The position numbers were made by a program, and so were the translations under genes. A stretch of DNA of 32,000 nt from Wolbachia endosymbiont of Onchocerca ochengi (lineage in GTDB: Bacteria > Pseudomonadota > Alphaproteobacteria > Rickettsiales > Anaplasmataceae): the NCBI RefSeq assembly GCF_000306885.1, contig NC_018267.1, forward strand, positions 1-32,000, written 5' to 3'. The first letter of the stretch is position 1, and every line of letters begins with the position of its first letter. Positions 9,590 to 19,567 of this stretch are shown piece after piece. The notes below the pieces were generated by a model. That model was given only the letters and a program-made list of their open reading frames with translations. It made no database searches and was not told where the DNA came from.

Positions 9590-10237
9590 CTAGTCCTGCT
9601 CTACAGCAAATTTCAATACTATGTGGGTAGCTATAGTACTATTAATCAGCAAAATAGCAAAAACTAAAACAGTAATAAGCAATATATGAATATTCAAAGA
9701 TAAACTTTCAAACTGAATCAGTAATTTAAAATACACAAAGGTTGGCATTATGATTGGTAAAACAAGAATTTGTGGTATTCCTGATGCTAAGTTATTTCGA
9801 CCAATCATTAATGCACTTCCAGTAGCTGAAATATTAGTTACTATCAGCATATTGAGTAACAAAGACAAGCCAGCTACTATTGAGTATTTAATATCACTGC
9901 CCAGAACTACAAAGCTGAATATGGAAGAAATTGCTGAAATTGGTAAACCGAATAATATCCAGTGAGCAAGAATTTTATAAGCAATTATAAATTTAGAGGA
10001 AAGTGGCTGTATGAAGATTTGCTCTAATATTCCGTCACGATAATCAGAAGAAAATAAATCACTTGTAGAAATTTGCAGAACAAAAGTAGCACATATCCAT
10101 ATTAATGCTAACATAATTTCTCGTTCACTGTTATTTCCAAGTGTAAACGAAGATAAGCTTAACATTACAATAAAGATACATATTATATAGGTAAAATCAC
10201 TATTACTTATCACTAATTTTTTTATTGAGCTGATCAT
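9590..10237 (-). CDS. ccmB: heme exporter protein CcmB
   Basis: 215 aa hydrophobic protein. SSDYRDGILEQIFIQPLSSKFIIAYKILAHW and LVLPIIMPTFVYF are CcmB-like. Confidence 0.85.
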   Translation of the reverse strand: MISSIKKLVISNSDFTYIICIFIVMLSLSSFTLGNNSEREIMLALIWICATFVLQISTSDLFSSDYRDGILEQIFIQPLSSKFIIAYKILAHWILFGLPISAISSIFSFVVLGSDIKYSIVAGLSLLLNMLIVTNISATGSALMIGRNNLASGIPQILVLPIIMPTFVYFKLLIQFESLSLNIHILLITVLVFAILLINSTIATHIVLKFAVEQD

Positions 10238-10343
10238 ATTAGGCTTTTAAATATTTATTATAAATTATAGTGTTTACTTTGAGATAGTGTAATTTCTTAT
10301 TCATAAATTACACAGGTTTTATTATTTAACAAGTAATGCAATT

Positions 10344-10727
10344 ATGAAAGAGTTACCAAAAATAAAATTACCAGAAGATTATACTCCTTCAGAGGATGAA
10401 GAATACATGAACGTGAAGCAATTGGAATACTTTAGCTTAAAATTGCAATCAATGCTTGTTGAAATGGAGAAGCAAGAATTAGAAGACAGCGCATACTATT
10501 CTGATGAAGATAGTGGAAATGAAAAACTAATTAGGCGCAGAAAAGAAAGAAAAGAAAAAATCAAGGAGGCATTAAAAAAAATAAAATTAGGCACCTACGG
10601 CTATTGTGAAAGAACAGGAGAAGAAATAGGAACCGAAAGGCTTAAAGCCAATCCGCTTGCTACATATTGCATTGAAGAGCAAGAGAGATTAGAAAAAGAA
10701 AAAAATGCATATAACATCGAAGATTAA
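10344..10727 (+). CDS. dksA: DksA/TraR-family transcriptional regulator, alphaproteobacterial type lacking the full four-Cys zinc site
   Basis: 127 aa. Coiled coil, then LGTYGYCERTGEEIGTERLKANPLATYCIEEQERLEKEK. Confidence 0.9.
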   Translation: MKELPKIKLPEDYTPSEDEEYMNVKQLEYFSLKLQSMLVEMEKQELEDSAYYSDEDSGNEKLIRRRKERKEKIKEALKKIKLGTYGYCERTGEEIGTERLKANPLATYCIEEQERLEKEKNAYNIED

Positions 10728-10757
10728 CTTTAAAATATGTTTAATAAAACTGTTAAC

Positions 10758-11348
10758 TTAATTTTTTTTAAATCTTTTAAGCTTTTCTTTTTTTAATATA
10801 GAGCTTATCTCTTCGACACTTTTATCAATATTATCATTGATAATTATATAATCATATTTATTTCGTTTACTTATCTCCTTTTGAGCTTCAGCCAACCTAC
10901 ATTCTATTTCGCTTGCACTATCAGTATTACGTTTTTGCAAACGCAGCCTAAGCTCTTCCATTGAAGGAGGAAGGATAAAAATGCTTACAACTTTTTTCCT
11001 CATGAGCTTAAATAAATGAAATGCTCCTTGCCAATCTATACTAAGCAAAACACTTACTCCACTACTTAGATTCTGTTTTATAAAATCTTTTGGTATACCA
11101 TAGAAATTTTCAAAAACCTTAGCGTACTCAAGCATCTGGTCAGTTCTGCATAACTCGTGAAATCTCTCTTCGGTAACGAAAAAATAGTCTTTTCCATTTA
11201 TTTCACCAAAACGAGGTTTACGCGTAGTTACAGAAACAGATTTAACTAGGTCAGTTGATTGATCAAGTAGCCTCTCTAATATAGTAGTTTTTCCAGCTCC
11301 AGAAGGAGAAGATAAAACTAACAATACACCCTCACCTCTTGTGATCAT
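10758..11348 (-). CDS. gmk: guanylate kinase
   Basis: 196 aa. P-loop VLSSPSGAGKTTI, SVSVTTRKPRFGEINGKDYFF, YGIPKDFI, IFILPPSMEELRLRLQKR. Confidence 0.95.
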   Translation of the reverse strand: MITRGEGVLLVLSSPSGAGKTTILERLLDQSTDLVKSVSVTTRKPRFGEINGKDYFFVTEERFHELCRTDQMLEYAKVFENFYGIPKDFIKQNLSSGVSVLLSIDWQGAFHLFKLMRKKVVSIFILPPSMEELRLRLQKRNTDSASEIECRLAEAQKEISKRNKYDYIIINDNIDKSVEEISSILKKEKLKRFKKN

Positions 11349-11374
11349 AAAAAAAATAACTCAACAAGAGAACA

Positions 11375-12985
11375 TTATATAGCATAGCGTAAATCACTTT
11401 TTTCAAAAGCTGCCTTATTTAAATTAACACTTACAAACTTTGTTCTACTCAACACTGAACCAGAAAAATCAGCATTTTCTAGATTCATGTCCTTAAATTC
11501 AAAGTAAGCATAATTTGCATCAAATCTTTTATTCTGCGATATTTCTTCTTGCAAACCTTTAATCGAGGTTATAGCATTATATATTCTTGAAGAATAGAAA
11601 GACGTATTATCAATTGCTGAATTACTGAAATTGCTGAGAAAAAAGCCTGTTTTCTTAAAGGTATTATCGTGAAGCAAAGAAGACTTGAAACTATTCTTAA
11701 CAAAATTCGAATTAGTTACTTTTAGATTAGACCAGTTTGAGTTATCCGCTATCAAATTAAAAAACATTGAGTTTTCTATTTCACTAGAATCAATGCTATG
11801 ACAAAGTAGTTTACTATTACAAATTTGAGAACCCTGTACTTTAACCTTGTACATTGAAACTGTAGAAAGGTCTGTATTTTTTATTTCTGCAGAAGTAAAT
11901 AATGAGTAGTCAAAAAACGAGCCATTTATATTAGAATTTGCAACTTTAGTATTATCAAACTTCCCATGACGAATATCAGAATCAGAAACATTAACTTGAT
12001 GTAGTTCGCTAAAACTAAAATCAATGTTAGATAAGTCAGCATCCTGAAGAGTTATATCAGAAACATACGAGTGTTTTACTTTAGAACTATTCAGTATAGA
12101 CTGAACAAAGCTTGAACTATCACTACTTACATAGGAAATTTGCGTATTACTTAAATTAGCCATATTAAAGTTACTACTAATTATAGCAGAAGAATTAAGA
12201 CAAACATTAGAAAGATTACTACCCGTAAAATCTGATTCCTTTATTTCTGCACCATATATATTAGCATTCTCCAATGAGGAAAATTGTACTTTTAACTTAT
12301 ATGAATCCACTCCAAAAAAATTTGCATTATCAAGATTGCTTCTTTGCACAACAGTATTACTTATTTCACTATCGCTAAAGTTTACATAATCAACATTCGA
12401 GCTTAACAAACTAGAAAGATTCATTTTTACATTTGAGAAGTTAGTATATAACCCGGTCATGTTGTGCATCCTCACTTTCTTAAGATCAGAATTAATAAAC
12501 TCAGCATGGCTAACATCAGACTGGCTAAGCATAATATCCATCAAATTTGCAGAAACAAATTTTGTAAAACTTAAATTTGTACTTTCTATTCTTATATCCC
12601 GTAAATTAGCATTAGAAAAATTAGCCCCACGTAAATCAGCATTAATAAAAGATACACCTGACAAGTCAGTATAAGAAAAGTCAGCACCAATTAGACTGAC
12701 TCCATCAAAAATGGATCCATTTAGGTACAATCGACTAAAATCAGCTCCATTCAAATTAGGGCCAAAACCTTTTCCAAAATCTTCTGGCACACCTTCTTTG
12801 TGGCATTTCATCAGAAACTTAGCAAAGTCTTCTTTGTCATAAAAGACATATTTTACTTTATGCAAAGTGTTCAAAAAATCACTGACCAGATCTTTTCTTT
12901 TATTTACTTCATCTCCATAACACAAATGACCAACTAAAATCAATATCAAAAACCTAATCATTTTCTTTATTACACCGCAATTCAC
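11375..12985 (-). CDS. secreted or exported pentapeptide-repeat protein
   Basis: 536 aa. Signal-peptide-like MIRFLILILVGHLCYG, then long A(D/N)LSx repeats such as ADFSYTDLSGVSFINADLRGANFSNANLRD, ANLSNTQIS, ADFSGSVLS. Confidence 0.85.
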   Translation of the reverse strand: MNCGVIKKMIRFLILILVGHLCYGDEVNKRKDLVSDFLNTLHKVKYVFYDKEDFAKFLMKCHKEGVPEDFGKGFGPNLNGADFSRLYLNGSIFDGVSLIGADFSYTDLSGVSFINADLRGANFSNANLRDIRIESTNLSFTKFVSANLMDIMLSQSDVSHAEFINSDLKKVRMHNMTGLYTNFSNVKMNLSSLLSSNVDYVNFSDSEISNTVVQRSNLDNANFFGVDSYKLKVQFSSLENANIYGAEIKESDFTGSNLSNVCLNSSAIISSNFNMANLSNTQISYVSSDSSSFVQSILNSSKVKHSYVSDITLQDADLSNIDFSFSELHQVNVSDSDIRHGKFDNTKVANSNINGSFFDYSLFTSAEIKNTDLSTVSMYKVKVQGSQICNSKLLCHSIDSSEIENSMFFNLIADNSNWSNLKVTNSNFVKNSFKSSLLHDNTFKKTGFFLSNFSNSAIDNTSFYSSRIYNAITSIKGLQEEISQNKRFDANYAYFEFKDMNLENADFSGSVLSRTKFVSVNLNKAAFEKSDLRYAI

Positions 12986-13041
12986 TATCTTCTTTTGTCC
13001 TCAGACCCAATTATATATTTCTAGATCTTCTTTATTACCTA

Positions 13042-14196
13042 TTATTTTTTATACTCCAAAAAATATGGCATCATTTCAGCAATTGCATTTATCATATCAA
13101 CCCGCTCTCTTTCAATCGCTATATCAATGGGAGACTGAAGATTATAATTGACCACTTTAGGATCAGCACCTTGTAATAAGAAAAAGCGCACTATATCTAT
13201 CCCACCTTGCTTAACTGCATAAATTAGAGGGGTATCTCCAAGTTTATTCCTAAACTTAAGCACCTCTTGAACTGTCAATCCAAGCTTTTCTAATTTATTT
13301 ATTATCCCTCTCAAACAAATCAAGTTGTTCTTTTTAATACAATAAAAAAGACGTTTACTATAGTCATCAACAAATATAGTTGCCGGAAGATGCTGATTAA
13401 GATTACTATATTGCCGCTTATATATTAACTCATCTTGTGTATTTCTATGATGCCACTTTTTTACTGACTCATTGTTTAACTTTGCCAACCTTTGTAAATT
13501 TTTCTCTTTCTCCTGTTTACTTTTTTCATCCTTTTTAATGATAGGTTTTTCTATATTATGGCTTTTAGATAATTTTTTCACCTTTTCTTTTCTAACTTGG
13601 CCCTCTAACTTTTTTCCTTCTAATAATTTATCTATATTATTTTCTGAAGGCTTATTCTTCTCTACATCAACCTTTTTATTAACTTGTAGATCTTTTTGCA
13701 GGTCAGTTACATTTTCGCTTAAACTAACACTTGGAGAAAAAATAAGGTTTCCATTAACTTCTTTATCAGTCACATTTGGTAAATCCGGAGTAACTTCATC
13801 TCCCTCACCTCTATTTTCCTTTAACAGATCATCACTAAGTTCTGACAAATCTTCACTATTCCTCCCTATTTCACTCATAGCCTTTTCTAATATAGAAGTT
13901 TTATTCTTATCATGTTGTAGCTCTTCTTTACTTTCTCCTTTTCCAGTTTTAATATTTTGTACTTTTTCAACATTTAACTTATCAACTTCGCTTTTGATAG
14001 ACTCTAGATTGTTCCTCTGCTGGATTATGCTTTGTGATAAACCTTGTTTTAGATCTTTCTTTATATCCATATCTTCACTCACAGAATCCATTGATCTATC
14101 TAAACTAAATTTCTCTTCTTCAAGTTGCTCCATAGCAAATAGACCAATTGAGCCAAACACAATAAATACCAACGTAAAGCATAAAATACTCTTCAT
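13042..14196 (-). CDS. ankyrin-repeat protein with signal peptide and long K/E-rich linker
   Basis: 384 aa. MKSILCFTLVFIVFGSIGLFA signal sequence. C-terminal NKLGDTPLIYAVKQGGIDIVRFFLLQGADPKVVNYNLQSPIDIAIERERVDMI. Confidence 0.8.
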   Translation of the reverse strand: MKSILCFTLVFIVFGSIGLFAMEQLEEEKFSLDRSMDSVSEDMDIKKDLKQGLSQSIIQQRNNLESIKSEVDKLNVEKVQNIKTGKGESKEELQHDKNKTSILEKAMSEIGRNSEDLSELSDDLLKENRGEGDEVTPDLPNVTDKEVNGNLIFSPSVSLSENVTDLQKDLQVNKKVDVEKNKPSENNIDKLLEGKKLEGQVRKEKVKKLSKSHNIEKPIIKKDEKSKQEKEKNLQRLAKLNNESVKKWHHRNTQDELIYKRQYSNLNQHLPATIFVDDYSKRLFYCIKKNNLICLRGIINKLEKLGLTVQEVLKFRNKLGDTPLIYAVKQGGIDIVRFFLLQGADPKVVNYNLQSPIDIAIERERVDMINAIAEMMPYFLEYKK

Positions 14197-15037
14197 AAAT
14201 ATCCCTAAGCAATAAGTTCAATTAAGATGATACTATAATCAAATAATTAATCCATAACAAAAAACAAGCATGATGGTAGTGAAACTTTCACAATGAACAT
14301 AACCTCCTTAGTGTATTGAGGTATGTAGAATATATACTTTACATAAAAGACAGTAGCACAATCAGACGTTATATTATTTGACTTTTTATTCTTAGACTTT
14401 TGAGGTTTCGCTTTTTTAAGATCTTGTAAGTAGTTAGTTAAAGTCATCCACAATAACTACAATCTTTCCATTTCCGCACTTAGTATCAACACTATTCCCT
14501 TCTACTTCTAACAAAGATCTTACCAAATTTGTAGCGCTAACTATAGTAGTCACATACAATATAATATATAATTTCTTCACAATATATGTTAAAGCAGCTA
14601 TTCTATTCGGTAAATAAGTAATTTTCGTCAAATTGACCTTCCTCTCGCTTTTAATATAGAACCAAATCCTTCGTTTAAATTTTTCCAATTACATACTACC
14701 ATTTAAGTTACTTTTATCATTCGCTAAAGCTAATTATCTCCTCTACTCCCAACTTACTTGATCCTATAATTCTCTTCTATTAAAAAATAATATAGCCTAA
14801 CTATCACATATTTTAGCAAAAAAGTAAAATATTCACATATTTTTCATATTTTATGTGAAAATACTAACATTCACTTTAATCTACTGTAACTTGATCAATA
14901 AAAATAGAGTAAACAACTCAATGGCAATATCACAAACTAGCACTACAAAAATTTCAATAAAGTTAAGTAAACTTATATATCTAAATAAGAGCAAAATAGT
15001 CTAAAATGACTAATTATGTATCATATCAACAGTACAC

Positions 15038-15127
15038 GGAGAGAGAGGGATTCGAACCCTCGATATGACTTTTCAATCATATAACGGTTTAGCAAACCGT
15101 CGCCTTCAGCCGCTCGGCCATCTCTCC
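15038..15127 (-). tRNA. tRNA-Ser(GCT)
   Basis: Reverse complement GGAGAGATGGCCGAGCGGCTGAAGGCGACGGTTTGCTAAACCGTTATATGATTGAAAAGTCATATCGAGGGTTCGAATCCCTCTCTCTCC. 7-bp acceptor stem, GCT anticodon, long variable arm, T-loop GTTCGAATC. Confidence 0.96.
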
Positions 15128-15246
15128 AAACCCTAAGTTTCAAGTTTACATATAATACCAAGACTTCACAACCTGTCTAACACTTTCAATAGCGATACTT
15201 TTACACTAAATAAAATAACAACAGGAAATCAGTTATATTAAAAACC

Positions 15247-15753
15247 TTACTTAATAGCACTCTTAATGATCTTTTTAGCTTCTTCTACACCAATCCACTC
15301 TCCAACTATTACTGTTTTTCCTTCCTCTAGGTCTTTATAATGTGAAAAGAAATGAGCAATTTTATCTAGCAGTTTCTTAGGTAGATCAGAATAATTTTTC
15401 ACATTATCATAATAACTATCAACACTGGAAATAGGTACAGCTAACACCTTTTCATCTTCTCCTTTCTCATCCTTAGTAAGCAAAGCACCTATTGGACGCA
15501 CCGATATTAAAACACCAGATACTAAGGAATATTGGGTTAACACCAAAACATCTACAGGATCACCATCACCTGCACAGGTATTTGGTACAAATCCATAATT
15601 ACAAGGATAAACCATTGCAGTAGATAGAAACCTGTCAACTTGTAACAGTCCTAATTCCTTATCAAACTCATACTTTACAGGTTCAGCATTTGCACCTATT
15701 TCAATTATTACACTTATCATATCCGATGTTACAGTAATTTTACTCAAATTCAT
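15247..15753 (-). CDS. ppa: inorganic pyrophosphatase
   Basis: 168 aa. VEIGANAEPVKYEFDKELG-like start, YPCNYGFVPNTCAGDGDPVDVLVL signature. Confidence 0.95.
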   Translation of the reverse strand: MNLSKITVTSDMISVIIEIGANAEPVKYEFDKELGLLQVDRFLSTAMVYPCNYGFVPNTCAGDGDPVDVLVLTQYSLVSGVLISVRPIGALLTKDEKGEDEKVLAVPISSVDSYYDNVKNYSDLPKKLLDKIAHFFSHYKDLEEGKTVIVGEWIGVEEAKKIIKSAIK

Positions 15754-15849
15754 AAACTACCTCTTACTAAGAATAAATATTATACAATATATATTCCCAG
15801 TTATTATATTTATACCATTGCAAACAAAAAACTACTTAGAAAAAAACAA

Positions 15850-16388
15850 TTAAATTAATTTAGATAAGTAAATAGCAGCTTTGCAGCCTGTTTTTATGAA
15901 TGAAGATAAAACATTATAACCGAATGCGCTTTCAGCGTTATGCCCAATTGCAATATCCCTGTGTTCCAGCTCTTCATCGCGAAATTTACTTATAGTTTCT
16001 CTTAATTCTCCATCTTCTAAACGTGAAATTTGCTCTTTATAGTGCTCTTCGATCACTTCTTCAACCGCAGCAGTACAAGCCATAGCAGCTTTTTTACCCA
16101 TAATAGCCGTTGCAACACCAAGTGATACTCCTAACACACACCAAATTGGCAATAAAACGGTAGGACGAATTTTTTGTTTTTTGATTTTCTCACTAAAATA
16201 GCGAAAATGCTTCTTTTCTTGTTCTTCCATTTTAATTATTTTATTGATTATAGAAGATTCTTTAAGAATAAATTTTTGACCAGAATAAATACAAATAGCT
16301 CCATACTCGCCAGCATGGTTTACCCTAATTGCTTGTTCTAAAAATTTTTTTTTATTTTCTTAATATTAGAACTTTCTTTTTTCAACAC
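15850..16388 (-). CDS. coq7: ubiquinone biosynthesis protein Coq7 (demethoxyubiquinone hydroxylase), apparent -1 frameshift in an A9 tract
   Basis: The 126 aa ORF starts mid-protein at MEEQEKKHFRYF. The frame continues upstream without ATG/GTG/TTG as KKFLEQAIRVNHAGEYGAICIYSGQKFILKESSIINKIIKM (Coq7 RVNHAGE motif) to a stop just past the A9 tract. One extra A would join it to a frame starting GTG at 16388 (MLKKESSNIKKIKK) with GGAG just upstream. EExxH motif present in DEELEHRD. Confidence 0.8.
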
Positions 16389-17996
16389 TTACTCCATTTA
16401 TCTCTGTATCAACACTATTATAAGTAAACGTGTTATAGAGTAAATAAAATTTCATGTGTGACAACTGCATGAATATTGTAACTTTCAGAAATTCAAGTCT
16501 GTCTATAAAACCACTCAACAATCTTTCTCAACCACTCTCATCATGAGATTAAAGGTGCTTACAGTTACCTTTAACCTGCACAGGTTGATGATGAGAATAC
16601 TATACAGTTGATATCTTATATATAATTTTTTACATTATATTTACCTCATACCTTTATTAATTTTACCTAAAGATCTCTAAATTCTCAAACTAAAACGCAC
16701 TTATAGTCATCGAAGACATTATAGAATACCAACTTATAAGATAATTGGAGTGAACAACCATTGATCATAGAATTTCTTTTACCTTTTTCTACTTTGTAGA
16801 CTCCTTAATATTTATTATCAATTCAATTATAAAAAAACATTTGTTTTCGTAACAAATGGTGTCATTTTAGTGCATGATGTTGGAACACCTATATTTCTTT
16901 TTTTTTTCTGGATTTTAGTACCTGCTGCCTAAATAGTAGCTTTCTGTAAACTAAAACCAAAATGTTCTCTACAGCTCTAGGTTTAGGATAAGTCTACCCT
17001 ATGTAATTTTTAGTCCTTGTTCTATTACATCATAATTATAAAACTAACCAGAAGAAACTCAGCTACTGTCAACAAAAAGAGCGTTTAGCTGGCAAAGAAA
17101 GAAGAAAGTAGTGACTCATAATTAAACTCAGATCTTTATTTCTATAGCTTTCTACCACTTCCTTAGCCTTCTCAATATCCTCAGACTCTTTATCGCGTTT
17201 TTTCTAAAAGCAAAGCTACCAGTTAAATATATAAAAGAGTTAACATCAAGAATGACTAAACTCCACTTTAGTGAAACTGAATTAATAACGCAACCTATCT
17301 ATCAGAGCTGGTAAAGGAATAATACCAACTACAATTTTTATATTCCTGAACACTTTTAAGTTCATTATCCAGATAATCTACCTTAATCTAGTTTTCTAGC
17401 TTTTTCTTTACTACTATGATAGAAAATAATACATATAAAACCATCGAAAGTAACACATTAACTACAACTTGCTATATATCTAAAGCTAATAATTTTCTAC
17501 TGTCTTTTGAAACTTTTTTCCTGTCTTTTTTACTTTAATAGTTGTTATTATCATAGTTAAATTTGTCATATTAAAATGTGAGCATATCTACCAAACAAAG
17601 AATTAATATAATATATCATAATGACAAAAAACTCCAAAAATCTAAATCTTCATCACTAAATACATGTATAATTTAAAAATTTTCAAGTTACCTGTTATTC
17701 TTTGCATTATACTAATCATTTCTATTTCCTGGACTGTGTCCATTAGTTGAGTTTAGGCCCTGCATAGCAAATTCTTTTACACAAACCCTCTAAACTTTCT
17801 GCTCATCCCAATCTGGGATGTTTTTGCGTATCATGAAACCATAAAAACTTTGAACATCATCGCTACTATCTGACTTTTTCACATAAGCTGACGCATATCT
17901 TTAAAGTACTATTATCCACTAACGTAAACACTTTTTCTAAAATTAATAAATACTTACTTTAATAAAGTAATATTCTTTTATCAACTTGAATATAAT

Positions 17997-19400
17997 TTAA
18001 TATCCAGTTAGCATTCTTTCCACCAATTCTCTTACTGTTGGTATGTAACCATTTTCATAAAATGGATCTTGCTTGAATTTGTATACATTATGCCCAGAAA
18101 ACATGAGTTCATTTTCAATATCACCGTCATGCATAATGCTTTGCAGTGTCTTTTGTATACAGAAACTTCGTGGATCTGGCTTTCGACCTGTTGAATGATT
18201 ACCATGATCTTTCCAATTACTAAACAAACAATGACTCAAACATCCCATACAATTAATTTGATCTTGTCTTATTTTCGCAAATTTATCTGGTGTTACAAAA
18301 ATAACAGTTGTATCTGGAGTTTTCATTGCTTTTGTATATCCTGCTTCAGTCCATGCATTTACCAGTTTTTTATCTTTTGCAGTCAAATAGATTTTTCTAC
18401 CCCTTGCACCAACTACAAATTCACTACTAAATTCTTCACTGGCATTTTCTGAAAATTTCACTTGACGTAAGTTCCGCTCCTGCAATTCACGTATGAAATT
18501 ATTTTTCAGTGCAGATGAGTAAAATCCTGTTGGACTAAACTTATTTAAAAATACGTCACCTTCTTCTAAAGTTAACAACTTATTCTTCCACTTCAAAGAA
18601 ATTGGGCTTTCCTTAGTCAAAAGTGAACGAGTACCAAACTGAAAAGCTATTGGTCCGATTTGCAAATTGTCAAGCCAGTGTTCCCAATCTTTTAAATGCC
18701 ATACTCCTCCTGCCATAACAATCGGCGCTTTAGAAAGACCGACCTCACTCATAAAAGATCTAAGTTCTGCAACCCTTTCAAACGGAGCTTGTGGTAGCGT
18801 CGGGTCTTCACTACTACTAAGCCCATTATGTCCCCCAGCAAGCCATGGATCCTCATACACCACTCCACCAAGCAAAAAAGAAGATACTTTTTGGTAAGCA
18901 CGCTTCCATAATGCTTTAAAAGCACGTACCGATGAAATAATAGGGTAATAATAGACCTGATATTTGGCTGCAATTTCTCCAAGCCTGTAAGGCATACCAG
19001 CACCACAAGTAATACCATGCACTAAACCTCTCGCTTTTTCTAATATGCCATGAAGTACACGTTCTGCTGCCCCCATTTCCCACAGCACATTCATATGTAC
19101 CCTTCCACAGCCTTGTGATATTTCATTCGCTATTTTTGCCTGACTAATTCCAGCTTCAATGCTGTATTCAATCAATTCTTCATGTTTTTCATTTCTTGTT
19201 TTGCCTTTATAAATTAGCGGTACCAACTCACCATTGTCATCAATAAGCTTAGCATTTACACCAGAAAATGTACCAACAGCACCAGCCGCAGCAAACGCCC
19301 CGCTTGATCTTCCGTCACTAATTGCAATACCTTTACCACCCTCAATGATTGGCCATACTTCCTGTCCTGAAATCATTATTTTTTTTATCTTATTTTTCAA
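17997..19400 (-). CDS. nitronate monooxygenase / 2-nitropropane dioxygenase-family flavoprotein
   Basis: 467 aa. ITCGAGMPYRLGEIAAKYQVYYYPIISSVRAFKALWKRAY, IVMAGGVWHLKDWEHWL, IAFQFGTRSLLTKESPI. C-terminal QINCMGCLSHCLFSNW. Confidence 0.8.
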   Translation of the reverse strand: MKNKIKKIMISGQEVWPIIEGGKGIAISDGRSSGAFAAAGAVGTFSGVNAKLIDDNGELVPLIYKGKTRNEKHEELIEYSIEAGISQAKIANEISQGCGRVHMNVLWEMGAAERVLHGILEKARGLVHGITCGAGMPYRLGEIAAKYQVYYYPIISSVRAFKALWKRAYQKVSSFLLGGVVYEDPWLAGGHNGLSSSEDPTLPQAPFERVAELRSFMSEVGLSKAPIVMAGGVWHLKDWEHWLDNLQIGPIAFQFGTRSLLTKESPISLKWKNKLLTLEEGDVFLNKFSPTGFYSSALKNNFIRELQERNLRQVKFSENASEEFSSEFVVGARGRKIYLTAKDKKLVNAWTEAGYTKAMKTPDTTVIFVTPDKFAKIRQDQINCMGCLSHCLFSNWKDHGNHSTGRKPDPRSFCIQKTLQSIMHDGDIENELMFSGHNVYKFKQDPFYENGYIPTVRELVERMLTGY

Positions 19401-19567
19401 GTCTTCCTCATAATTTTTCGTTCTATTCTACTTAATTACTAAAAAAACAATAGCTGTTTATTTTCTCTTAACATAATTAAAGTCTACGCAAACAAATTTG
19501 AGTTTTAAATGGACATATAAAAAACAACTACTGTAGATATATAGCTTTACTAATATATTTTTAGCAT

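Noticed and set aside
12459-12674. 71 aa plus-strand ORF
   Set aside because: Antisense to the pentapeptide-repeat gene. Its apparent regularity is inherited from the repeats.
11375-12985. Possible toxin-antitoxin or defence role for the pentapeptide protein (Qnr/McbG-like)
   Set aside because: It is much longer than Qnr-type proteins, carries a signal-like N-terminus, and has no adjacent gyrase-toxin or defence gene.
13472-14215. 247 aa plus-strand ORF
   Set aside because: Antisense shadow of the ankyrin gene. Composition (Ser/Leu/Phe-rich) is what the complement of the K/E-rich linker would give.
14247-14688. Two overlapping minus-strand ORFs (68 and 84 aa) upstream of the ankyrin gene
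   Set aside because: No recognisable motif and atypical composition. Could be decayed coding sequence, but I cannot support a call.
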